Shown: positions 19,779-28,471 of the stretch, one piece after another
Layout: each line of letters opens with the position of its first letter
Position numbering within the stretch: position 1 is the first letter of the stretch
Assembly: GCA_964450885.1 (NCBI GenBank)
Contig: CAYVFE010000001.1
Span: 246,572-310,571 of the forward strand
Length of the DNA stretch: 64,000 nucleotides
Reading direction: 5' to 3'
Source: an uncultured Gammaproteobacteria bacterium
Lineage (GTDB): Bacteria; Patescibacteriota; Microgenomatia; Levybacterales; GWA1-39-11
The notes under the pieces: model-generated
The model's database searches: none
Seen by the model: only the letters and a program-made list of their open reading frames with translations
Told to the model about the DNA's origin: nothing
Made by a program: the position numbers and the translations under genes

Positions 19779-20834
19779 ATGAAAAAGTTACTGATCATAA
19801 TTATTATTCTCGTTTGCTTCGGGATATGGTTTTCTCAGAGGGAGAATATTAGTCTAGAGAAAGATATGCTCAATCCCGTTGAAGGTAAAAAGCTTCTAAA
19901 TCAACAAGAGGAAAAATTCATTTTTGTACCCTATTGGACATTCTCGGATGAGCTTGATGTGAATGAATATGGTAGCCTCATATATTTTGGAGTATCTATT
20001 GATGAAAATGGCATCGATAAAAATGAGGAGGGATATAGGAAAATGGATTCTTTTGTGCGTTTTGCCCCAAGTGATAAGAAAAAATACCTTACATTGCGGC
20101 TAGTTAATAGCGAAATAAATGAAAAAATAATCGAGGACGACACCTTTCAAAGAAAGGTTGCATCCCAACTAGCTGATCTTGCAAATAGTCATGAGTTTGA
20201 TGGCGTGGTGATAGATTATGAGACGTCAGCATTCGGATTTGAATCAGTAGAAAATGAGATTACTGATATGTATAAAGTATTTAACTCAGAAGTTAAAAGG
20301 AAGGATTTGGAGCTGCTGGTTACTGTGTTTGGAGATACATATTATAGAGCTCGTCCATATAATATCGGAGAAATAGGCAAGCTTTCTGATGGGGTAATTG
20401 TTATGGCATACGACTTTCATAAGGCGAGACTAAATCCGGGACCGACCTTTTCTTTATCTGATGATGATAAATACGGCTATAGCCTTTTAAGCATGGTAGA
20501 TGATTTTAGTGAGGATGTTCCGGGTGAAAAAATAATTATAACTTTAGGATATTTTGGATATGATTGGAAGCTTTCTGATGACAGAACAAGTATGGGTATG
20601 GCTGAGCCGCTTACTACAAATCAATTTGAATCTAGATTTTTAGCTGGATGCGATTTTGATAATTGTAGAATCAACAAAAATAATGATGGTGAGAGTAGCG
20701 TTTTGTATGAGGATGAGGAAGGGTATAATCATGAAGTTTGGTCTGAGGACATGGATTCTATCGATCGAAAGATCACCGCGCTAAATGATAAGGGTGTGAG
20801 GAGAATCGGTATCTGGGCATATTCATTCTACTAG
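19779..20834 (+). CDS. Glycoside hydrolase family 18-like protein, membrane-anchored
   Basis: FDGVVIDYE, VMAYDFH, GYDW and GIWAY GH18 motifs. Confidence 0.8.
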   Translation: MKKLLIIIIILVCFGIWFSQRENISLEKDMLNPVEGKKLLNQQEEKFIFVPYWTFSDELDVNEYGSLIYFGVSIDENGIDKNEEGYRKMDSFVRFAPSDKKKYLTLRLVNSEINEKIIEDDTFQRKVASQLADLANSHEFDGVVIDYETSAFGFESVENEITDMYKVFNSEVKRKDLELLVTVFGDTYYRARPYNIGEIGKLSDGVIVMAYDFHKARLNPGPTFSLSDDDKYGYSLLSMVDDFSEDVPGEKIIITLGYFGYDWKLSDDRTSMGMAEPLTTNQFESRFLAGCDFDNCRINKNNDGESSVLYEDEEGYNHEVWSEDMDSIDRKITALNDKGVRRIGIWAYSFY

Positions 20835-20879
20835 GGCTTGAAAACGAAACTATAAGGATGTAAACTCAGCTTCATAGTA

Positions 20880-23876
20880 ATGAAATTGCTTAAGGCTTTA
20901 TTACTGCTCACCCTGCTTTCTTTTTTTATGTCTGTAAAGACACCTGTCGAAGCGGTAGGTTTTGAAAGAACAGAAATTGTTTCCGGCCTAACTGCTGCAG
21001 TAAAGTTAATCCATTTACCTGATGGAAGAATGTTGGTTGCAGAGAAAGCTGGTAAAGTTAGGGTCATAAAAGATGGACAGCTTCTTTCGGCCCCCATGTT
21101 GGACATTTCGGATCATGTTAATAATTATGTAGACAGAGGGCTTCTTTCCATAGCAATAGACCCTGATTTTGAGGAAAATTTTTACTTATATCTTCTCTAT
21201 ACGCATCAGGGCACGAACGATCCTGCTGATAAGAATAAGACGAATAGATTAGTCAGAGTTCAGCTCCCATCAGCAACTGCAGACGAAGCTGTTCCTAGCA
21301 TTAATCCCCCAGAGGCTATAATTTTAGGGTCAGTAGATGACCCATTCTGTGGGCCCGGATTAGACTGCATGCCCATAAATAGCTATTCTCATGCTATTGG
21401 AGATATAGTTTTTGATGAAGAGGAAAATATATTTTTATCTGTTGGAGATGGTTCCGAATATGATTTTGTTGATCCGCAAGCTTTGCGTGCTCAAAATCCC
21501 GATTGGCTACTTGGCAAAGTTTTGCATATAAATAGAGAGGGAGAAGGTCTAGATTCAAACCCTTATTATAATGGTGATCCGGATGCGCCCAGGTCTAAGG
21601 TTTACCAGATGGGTCTTAGGAATCCATTTAGGCTTACCTTGCACCCTGATTTCGGATTGTTTACAACAGACGTTGGGTGGTATTTGTGGGAAGAGGTAAA
21701 TCATGGAGGAGTCGGAGCAAATTTTGGGTGGCCTTGCTTTGAGGGGAATGATCCTACCACAGAGTATAGTACAAATCCTCAGATATTGGATTTTTGTCAA
21801 GATATGTACGATAACCCTACAGACAAAAAACCTTTATATGAGTATAGTCATGAAGGGGGAGGGGGAGCAGCAATCGGAGGAGCGTTTTATGATGGTACGG
21901 AATATCCTGAGGAATATCGTAATAATTTCTTTTTTGCAGACCATGATAAGAAATGGGTTAGAAGACTGAGCTTTACCTCTGAGGGAGAGTTCGAATCAGC
22001 TGAGAACTTTATGGCGGATGTTCAGGAGCCTGTTATGGTTTTTTCATATCCGGATAATGGCGATATAGGCTGGATTTCTATATGGTCCGGAAAAATTATC
22101 CGTGTGTCATATAATGAGAACAACAGGGCGCCGGTTGCAGTTGCTTCTTCTAATATAACTTCAGGGGCCGTGCCTTTGACTGTCGAATTTGACGGATCAT
22201 TATCTTCAGATCCAGATGAAGATGAGTTAACGTTTAATTGGGATTTTGGTGATGGCAGCAGTTCAGCAGAGGTGAATCCTGTTCATACATATAGTAGTCC
22301 GGGAACTATGAGTGTTACTTTAACGGTTTCAGATGGATTTAGTGAGGCTACGGATACTATTACTATTAATGTAGGAGATGAAGCGCCTGTAATTAGTATT
22401 ACTTCTCCAATCAAAGACACGAATTTTGTAGCTCCTGCAGCAATACAATATAGTGGAAGTGCGGTAGATACTTCAGGTAATCCTATTCCTGCAGAAAATG
22501 TAAGTTGGAAGTTGATAATTCATCACAATGATCACATCCACGTCGAATTTGATGGTGTTACTGGTTATGCTGGGTCAAAAACACTTCCATATCATGCAGA
22601 TAATTCATTTTATGAGCTAGAATTTACTGCCACTGATCCTAATAACGGCTTAACTTCTAAAAAAACTGTAAATTTTTACGTTCTTCCTGAAGGATCTGGC
22701 TCGGAAATTGTAATATATGCGGCAGGGACGTTAGCTCATGATTCTTATCCAACGATGGAGTTATTAGTAGATGATGTTGTCGTTGCTAGTTATGAAAATG
22801 TTATGGGAGATCCTCAAGAGAGAATGTTTGAACAGTTTGCCTATAATCACACGTCTAATGTTAAGGCTGAGCAGATAAAGGTCAGATTTACGAATGATTT
22901 TTACAGTCAAGCTGAGGGACAAGATAGAAATCTCATGGTTGATAAAGTGATAGTTGACGGTATAACCTACGAAACCGAAGATCAGAATGTTTTCTCAGTA
23001 GGATCGTGGTCTGCAGATAACGACTGTGGTCCAGGCTATAAACGCAGTGAAGAGTTAGCATGTAACGGATACTTTTCTTATGCAGGAGGTAGCCTGATTG
23101 AGGTATTTGCTGCAGGTACTCCAGCTGGAGGAGTTTATCCAAATGCTCAACTTGTCATAAATAATGTGGTGGTTGCGACATCTAATAATATCCAAGGAGA
23201 TATCGAGAATAGAGATTTTGAAAGAATTGCATATAGATATCCCATAAAGCTTACCGAGAGTGATAAGATCCAAGTCAAATTTACAAATGACTTGAACGAA
23301 AATGGCGAAGACAGGAATTTAATAGTTGATAAAATTAGAGTTGATGGGATAGATTATGAGACAGAGAGTTCTAGTGTATTTTCTTTTGGCTCCTGGTCAG
23401 CAGCTAATAGTTGTGGGCCAGGGTACAAATTAAGTGAAACACTTGCCTGCAATGGATATTTTGAATATACATTCTCAAATCCACAAGGATCACAAATTGA
23501 CATCTATGCTGCTGGGACACCTGCAGTTGGTGTTTATCCAAACATCGAGCTTCTTATTGATGATGTGGTGGTAAAAACATTTTTTGGAGTAGGTTCTACC
23601 TTCGGTCCAGGGTTCTTTGAGACGCTGAAATATACTCATAGAGATACGGTTTTACCTTCACAAATAAAGGTACGTTTCATAAATGACTATTACGATGCGT
23701 TAACTGGAGATAATAGGGATGCATTTATTGATAGGATAAGCATTGATGGAGTTGATTATCAAAGCGAAGACCCATCAGTTTATTCGGAAGGTTCCTGGTC
23801 AGTAGGTAATGGTTGTGGTGGAGGATATAAAGCTTCTGAAATGCTTTCTTGCAATAATTCCTACTTTCAATACTAG
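20880..23876 (+). CDS. Secreted PQQ-dependent (glucose/sorbosone-type) sugar dehydrogenase + PKD domain + three carbohydrate-binding repeats
   Basis: Signal peptide; DRGLLSIAIDPDF, GLRNPFR, EEVN, GANFGWP; PKD WDFGDG; three repeats with YAAGT...VRFTND...DRNLxVDKI.VDG. Confidence 0.85.
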   Translation: MKLLKALLLLTLLSFFMSVKTPVEAVGFERTEIVSGLTAAVKLIHLPDGRMLVAEKAGKVRVIKDGQLLSAPMLDISDHVNNYVDRGLLSIAIDPDFEENFYLYLLYTHQGTNDPADKNKTNRLVRVQLPSATADEAVPSINPPEAIILGSVDDPFCGPGLDCMPINSYSHAIGDIVFDEEENIFLSVGDGSEYDFVDPQALRAQNPDWLLGKVLHINREGEGLDSNPYYNGDPDAPRSKVYQMGLRNPFRLTLHPDFGLFTTDVGWYLWEEVNHGGVGANFGWPCFEGNDPTTEYSTNPQILDFCQDMYDNPTDKKPLYEYSHEGGGGAAIGGAFYDGTEYPEEYRNNFFFADHDKKWVRRLSFTSEGEFESAENFMADVQEPVMVFSYPDNGDIGWISIWSGKIIRVSYNENNRAPVAVASSNITSGAVPLTVEFDGSLSSDPDEDELTFNWDFGDGSSSAEVNPVHTYSSPGTMSVTLTVSDGFSEATDTITINVGDEAPVISITSPIKDTNFVAPAAIQYSGSAVDTSGNPIPAENVSWKLIIHHNDHIHVEFDGVTGYAGSKTLPYHADNSFYELEFTATDPNNGLTSKKTVNFYVLPEGSGSEIVIYAAGTLAHDSYPTMELLVDDVVVASYENVMGDPQERMFEQFAYNHTSNVKAEQIKVRFTNDFYSQAEGQDRNLMVDKVIVDGITYETEDQNVFSVGSWSADNDCGPGYKRSEELACNGYFSYAGGSLIEVFAAGTPAGGVYPNAQLVINNVVVATSNNIQGDIENRDFERIAYRYPIKLTESDKIQVKFTNDLNENGEDRNLIVDKIRVDGIDYETESSSVFSFGSWSAANSCGPGYKLSETLACNGYFEYTFSNPQGSQIDIYAAGTPAVGVYPNIELLIDDVVVKTFFGVGSTFGPGFFETLKYTHRDTVLPSQIKVRFINDYYDALTGDNRDAFIDRISIDGVDYQSEDPSVYSEGSWSVGNGCGGGYKASEMLSCNNSYFQY
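22698..23873 (+). repeat. Three tandem ~130-aa Ca-dependent CBM-like domains
   Basis: Repeats begin near 22698, 23085 and 23487; each ends GSWS...CGxGYKxSExLxC. Confidence 0.85.
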
Positions 23877-23888
23877 ATTTTTTCCACG

Positions 23889-23965
23889 AAAAAAGAGCGG
23901 AGGTGCTTTATCAGAAGAACTCTGACAAAGGTTTGATCCTGAATGGACCAAACTTCCGCTCTTTT
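23889..23965 (-). terminator. Branched (three-way) intrinsic terminator, probably bidirectional
   Basis: 11-bp outer stem AAAAGAGCGGA/TCCGCTCTTTT enclosing two hairpins; U-tracts on both strands; lies between convergent genes. Confidence 0.7.
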
Positions 23966-23984
23966 CCAGTTGTGCAGTTAGCTC

Positions 23985-26675
23985 TTAGCGTTCTTTTAGT
24001 TCGAAGTACGGATTGCTGATTCCGTTCATGAACGCTTCGAGTTTTACCCCCGTTAACCTCCAGTCGATTACGACGTTAGGCCGAGGGTGCTGCGCGTTGT
24101 AGTAGACGAGACTTACGAGCATCGGATAATTCTGCACCGACGCAAGCATTTTCGCTACCCAATCCGCTTCCAGCGGGAGATTCTCAAGTGAGACTCCCAC
24201 CTCAGGGATGATGATAGGTTTGCCATAGCTGGCAAACCCTGGGTACATCGACGCCATCAGTTCGTCGAAGCTCAGGTATCCACCCTTCTGCCACACGTAT
24301 GTGGCAAATACGGTGAATCCCACGAAGTCGACGTAGTCGTCGCCAGGGTAGTACACAGTGTAATTCGGGATGTAGCCCGCGGGGCTCCATAAGAAGCGTG
24401 CATTCGGAGCACTCTCCTTAATGATCCCGTACACGTGTCGCCAAGCTGGCGCATAAAGCTCCGGTTCGGTGTCCCATGGGAATGAGCCGTTAAGGTCCAT
24501 CTCGTGAGCAAACCGAATGATGATCGGAGATCCGCCGTCATACCTGCCGATCAGGTTACCCCACGCCCGGATGTAGTCGTCGTACTTGCCGTCGACAATA
24601 TCCTGCAGGGAAACTCCCTCAGATCCATCTGGCGACCAGATCCATGGTTCCCATGTGATCAGGGAGATCTGGTTCTGCTCTGCTGCCGTCAGTATCTGCG
24701 TGTCGAGGTAGTCCATGGTGTCCGGATTCCAGTCTGCAAAGACCATGTTGATCTTGCTGATGGAGGACAGGGCTTGATCCGGATCCCAGGCTCCTATCGC
24801 CACTCCAGAAAATTCCTGTTCGACGAATCTCGCAGAAACTGTAGGAAGTGGTGTCGGTGTTGGGGTCGGAGTAGGCGTTGGGGTAGGCGTTGCCCTTGGT
24901 GGCGTTCTGGTAGGGACAGGAGTTGAAGTATTGGCATCGATTTGAGAGGGCGTTGCTGCCCGCTGCAGATCTGGTGCCTCAGTTATAACTACCATTCCCC
25001 CATCTGAGAAAGTGCGGGCTATCGGCGACGATTGAGGTTGTATTAGTGCGATTGCTGTAGCTGATGATGCGATAGCAACAGCAGCAACCCCAAAGTACGC
25101 GGCTTTTCGTCGATACGCCACCAGCGTTGGACGAGACCGAAGCAGGTGCTTCTGGGAGCTTATGACCACCGCAAGTTGTGTCGCGATGGTAAAGGCCGCC
25201 CAGAAACGGAGCTGCGGCGCCTCACCGTTGCCGGTCATGAAGCTCGCTGCGATTCCGCTCAGGGACAGGATGATGAGAAATCCATGCATGCGGAATGCAG
25301 CAAGGGAGTCTTTTTGCACCTGTGTACCTTTTGCGGTGACGACGTACTGGAGCTTCCGATAGAAGGCGACCAGAAGGAAGGCCCTGAAGTATATTGGAAG
25401 TGCTCCTAGCGTAAGGAACATCCCTTTCAGTCCAAGTCCCTTCTCTCGCTCCGGGTCGAGGTAGAACCTCTGACACCATCGCTCGATAAGCACCGAGATT
25501 AGGAAGGGTGGCATCGCATGGTAGGCCCACTGCCAGATGTCCATAGCTCCCGCCGACACTCCGAAGAGTAGGTAGAGAGAGGTGAGGATGACAGAGAGTG
25601 CCATGGTGACGCCTGCTAGGTAGTACGTCTGGACGAAGAAATACCCCAGTCGTCTCTTCCAGTTGAACTTGAGAAGGAGACGGGGAGAGTCGTCACGTAC
25701 GATCTCGAAAATCCCGTAGGACCAACGAGTTTGTTGGTTAAGGTATTCTTCCCATGAGGAAGGGCCTTCTCCGATTGCGATGATCTCTGGGACGTAGATT
25801 CCTTTCCAGCCTTTGGATAGCATCCTCATGCCGGTCAGGTGGTCTTCGACGATCTTTGATGCATATCCACCCGCGTCTTGCAGAGCGGATGGACGATAGA
25901 CGTGATTGGTGCCGATGAAAAGCGGCATCCCGAGACCATTGAGTCCCTGTTGGAGGGGACCATGGAAGCAGAATGACTGCTCGGCTGCACCACGTGCGAT
26001 CCAGTTTTCCTGGTTGCCGTAGATCTGAGGACCGACAACGAATCCCACCTGGCGATCCCGAAAGTACCCGAGGGTCCTATCGAGATAATCCTTGGTGGGC
26101 ACGTGGTCCATGTCCATCTGAGCTACGAAGTCGTAGGCATCTTCGTATGCATCGCGCCATGCGTTGTGGTTGCCCGCCTTGGTCTTGGCCTTGAACGGGC
26201 CCGATGGCTGGTTGTATCGTCCTATCCCCTTTCGGGAAAAGTGACGAACACCCAGTCTTTGGCACATGTCCTTGACGATGACGTCATCTCCCTCGTCGAG
26301 AACCCACGTGTCGTGAGGATAGTCAACTTCCGTCATGGCTTTGAGCGTTACCTCTAGCATGTCGTAAGGTTCTTTTCCCGGAACGAAGCACGTAAGCATC
26401 GCGACTCGGAGTCCTGGACGCGGTTTCTGGTAGGGTGTCCTTTTCATGTGGGACACGATGTACCAGAAGCCCAGGCGTTGCACGAGACCGTGCCAGATAA
26501 CGCCTGTGAGGGCAAGGTAGAAGACGATGTCGAGCCAGTCGAATCCTCCCTGTCCCCAGTTCGATGGGATGTGGTTGGGATTAAACCACCAAACCGCATA
26601 GCGGATGATGGCAAAGATGGCCAGCGTCACCACGAGGGTGAAGAAGACCTTCTCTTTCCGGGACATCACGTTCAT
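23985..26675 (-). CDS. Processive GT2 (cellulose-synthase-like) glycosyltransferase fused via a Pro-Thr linker to a GH26 beta-mannanase-like domain
   Basis: LDE, KAGN, DMD, VED, QQTRW (D,D,D,QxxRW); multiple TM helices; (TP)n linker; ITWEPW, RFAHEMD, YYPGDDYVD, IIIPEVG GH26 motifs. Confidence 0.9.
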   Translation of the reverse strand: MNVMSRKEKVFFTLVVTLAIFAIIRYAVWWFNPNHIPSNWGQGGFDWLDIVFYLALTGVIWHGLVQRLGFWYIVSHMKRTPYQKPRPGLRVAMLTCFVPGKEPYDMLEVTLKAMTEVDYPHDTWVLDEGDDVIVKDMCQRLGVRHFSRKGIGRYNQPSGPFKAKTKAGNHNAWRDAYEDAYDFVAQMDMDHVPTKDYLDRTLGYFRDRQVGFVVGPQIYGNQENWIARGAAEQSFCFHGPLQQGLNGLGMPLFIGTNHVYRPSALQDAGGYASKIVEDHLTGMRMLSKGWKGIYVPEIIAIGEGPSSWEEYLNQQTRWSYGIFEIVRDDSPRLLLKFNWKRRLGYFFVQTYYLAGVTMALSVILTSLYLLFGVSAGAMDIWQWAYHAMPPFLISVLIERWCQRFYLDPEREKGLGLKGMFLTLGALPIYFRAFLLVAFYRKLQYVVTAKGTQVQKDSLAAFRMHGFLIILSLSGIAASFMTGNGEAPQLRFWAAFTIATQLAVVISSQKHLLRSRPTLVAYRRKAAYFGVAAVAIASSATAIALIQPQSSPIARTFSDGGMVVITEAPDLQRAATPSQIDANTSTPVPTRTPPRATPTPTPTPTPTPTPLPTVSARFVEQEFSGVAIGAWDPDQALSSISKINMVFADWNPDTMDYLDTQILTAAEQNQISLITWEPWIWSPDGSEGVSLQDIVDGKYDDYIRAWGNLIGRYDGGSPIIIRFAHEMDLNGSFPWDTEPELYAPAWRHVYGIIKESAPNARFLWSPAGYIPNYTVYYPGDDYVDFVGFTVFATYVWQKGGYLSFDELMASMYPGFASYGKPIIIPEVGVSLENLPLEADWVAKMLASVQNYPMLVSLVYYNAQHPRPNVVIDWRLTGVKLEAFMNGISNPYFELKER

Positions 26676-26869
26676 CTGAATCTCCCTGTGGGATCGGTGA
26701 AGGCTTTGATGGTGGCAAGCAGAACGGGAGGAGTCCTCGCCTTCTGCTGGCTGTTGCTCCGGTTAGGAAGCATTAAGGTGAGCCACCATGCGGTCGGATC
26801 GATCGTTGGGCAGAAGTTTGTCATCATGTTGATGAAGACAAGGACAGTGCCCCAAGTTGCCGAGAGCAT
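26672..26869 (-). CDS. Putative small leader/accessory protein (65 aa)
   Basis: SD AGGAGA 8 nt upstream; ATGA overlap with the GT2 start. Confidence 0.45.
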   Translation of the reverse strand: MLSATWGTVLVFINMMTNFCPTIDPTAWWLTLMLPNRSNSQQKARTPPVLLATIKAFTDPTGRFR

Positions 26870-27124
26870 TCTTGTTTTCTCCTAGGTCAATCGTTGTTGG
26901 GATGGTCGTGACGGGTATTTCTTGCTTTGCAGCTTGTGTACCCTGGTATCATTGTCAATGAGCGCAGTCTTTCGACGCACAACTGGTTTCTTGGCTAACA
27001 AAAAAACCCACGCAAAACTTTCGTTCATTTGCAGGCAGTCTGTGTCAAGATATTGTTGTCACCTTGGTTTCAAGAATCCGCTCCAGCTAAGGAATGGCTT
27101 ATCGACCTAGAGTGAACAACAACT
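26870..27124 (-). ncRNA. Candidate structured cis-regulatory leader RNA (unassigned family)
   Basis: Long 5' stem, three GNRA-capped hairpins, internal hairpin+U7, 10-nt complementarity to the SD region. Confidence 0.55.
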
Positions 27125-27130
27125 GCGGAG

Positions 27131-27160
27131 ATTATAAGGGTAAAGAGCAATTAGAGTCAA
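27131..27160 (-). promoter_or_regulatory. Sigma70-type promoter for the GT2-GH26 unit
   Basis: TTGACT-N18-TATAAT on the minus strand. Confidence 0.75.
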
Positions 27161-27193
27161 TGGCTTAGAGTTTTATCTATTAAGATAAATTAC

Positions 27194-28408
27194 TCATATT
27201 TTGGAAAAGAATGGGATTGAGAATTTTACTTTTTTAATTACTTTTCGGGTTTCAAAAAGAGATGTTCCGAAAATTATTTTTCTATCGTCATATAGTAGAT
27301 AAATTTTCTTCGCTTTTTCTTTGAGATTTTCATCTTCGAAAAATAGTGAGGACTGATGCATTCTATCCTCCTCGAAGTTATAGATAGTTGCTCCTGTTGC
27401 GCGGTAAAGATTACTCGGGTCATAAATCTTCTCAAATCCCTGCCGTATTTGTCTTCGGATCATAATCGGATAAGACGTCTTATCATTTATCCTTATCTCG
27501 ATTCCCTGGTAGGTAAACTTTTGTGTCTTTAGATATATAAAAATTCTGCCTACACTGTAGTTATACTTTCGAGCTTTCAAAAAAGCACTCTCTACATGAT
27601 GAAGAATTCTTGCCCAGAGCACGCTTTTTTCGTTTGTCGCAGGGGTAACTGTGTGGGATTTGGTTATAGATTTATATTCTCTTTTTACGCTTGGATCAAC
27701 CTTAAAAAGAGATGTGCCATTTAACTCGAGCCAGATTTCATAAAAAGGTTTTGGATAGAATTTTTTAATAAAATTTTCTGGACGGATAGCATAGTCATAT
27801 GCTGTGTTGATGTTAAACCTTCTTAATTTTGGTGCGCTCCTGTATCCTATTCCCCAGACCTTTGAGATATCTATCTGTTTTAAAAGTTCGACCGTTTTTT
27901 CTTTAGGAATTATAGTAAGTCCAGAGGGCTTGTTGAGATTTGCGGCAATTTTTGCAAGAGATTTAGTAGTCGCGATCCCGATAGAAACAGTTATCCCTAA
28001 TGAGTTTTCTATTTCATCTTTCATAGCCCGACCGATTTCGTAATACGACATCTTTAGAGGTCTTGTGAGTCCTTTCAGGTCTGCAAACCCTTCATCTATA
28101 GAATAGATTTCGACAGCGGGCGAGTATTTTTTCATGATGGAAAACATTTTGTTTGAGAATAGGTGATAGAGCTTGTAGTCGGAATGCGTGATTATGACTG
28201 TTGGAAATTGTTTTTTTATTTCCCAGCATGGCATGCCTCTTTCTACGCCTAGTGCTTTTGCTTCATAGGACACTGCTGTCGCAATCCCTCGCTCCATGCC
28301 GCTTACGACAGGTTTTCCCTGAAGGTGAGGATTTACTGCCTGGGTTACTGATGCAAAAAATGCATCTGCATCGAGATGTAGGATTGCTTCAGGCCATGAG
28401 GTGGACAT
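27194..28408 (-). CDS. dinB: Y-family DNA polymerase (Pol IV/UmuC-like)
   Basis: DADAFFAS, SYEAK, YSIDE, KSLAKIA, VWGIG; QSSLF clamp-binding-like motif. Confidence 0.92.
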   Translation of the reverse strand: MSTSWPEAILHLDADAFFASVTQAVNPHLQGKPVVSGMERGIATAVSYEAKALGVERGMPCWEIKKQFPTVIITHSDYKLYHLFSNKMFSIMKKYSPAVEIYSIDEGFADLKGLTRPLKMSYYEIGRAMKDEIENSLGITVSIGIATTKSLAKIAANLNKPSGLTIIPKEKTVELLKQIDISKVWGIGYRSAPKLRRFNINTAYDYAIRPENFIKKFYPKPFYEIWLELNGTSLFKVDPSVKREYKSITKSHTVTPATNEKSVLWARILHHVESAFLKARKYNYSVGRIFIYLKTQKFTYQGIEIRINDKTSYPIMIRRQIRQGFEKIYDPSNLYRATGATIYNFEEDRMHQSSLFFEDENLKEKAKKIYLLYDDRKIIFGTSLFETRKVIKKVKFSIPFFSKI

Positions 28409-28471
28409 AATACATTTTGAAAAATCTTTTTAATAAATTCAGTATTTTTTTACTTCTCTTTCTGATCATAG

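Noticed and set aside
18631-24900. Short tandem repeats as CRISPR, VNTR or DGR signals
   Set aside because: They are degenerate Pro-Thr codon repeats inside ORFs; no spacers, cas genes or reverse transcriptase
24202-26885. Dense alternative ORFs in the GT2-GH26 region
   Set aside because: Expected from stop-codon scarcity in GC-rich sequence; only 26672-26869 has an SD and start/stop coupling
26960-27040. c-di-GMP-I riboswitch call from GCAAA...GAAA motifs
   Set aside because: The GACGCAAAGC segment and tetraloop-receptor stem are not recognisable; left as an unassigned RNA
27112-27120. GTGAACAA half-site resembling the LexA operator
   Set aside because: No matching GTTC half at 4-nt spacing; explained by the leader stem
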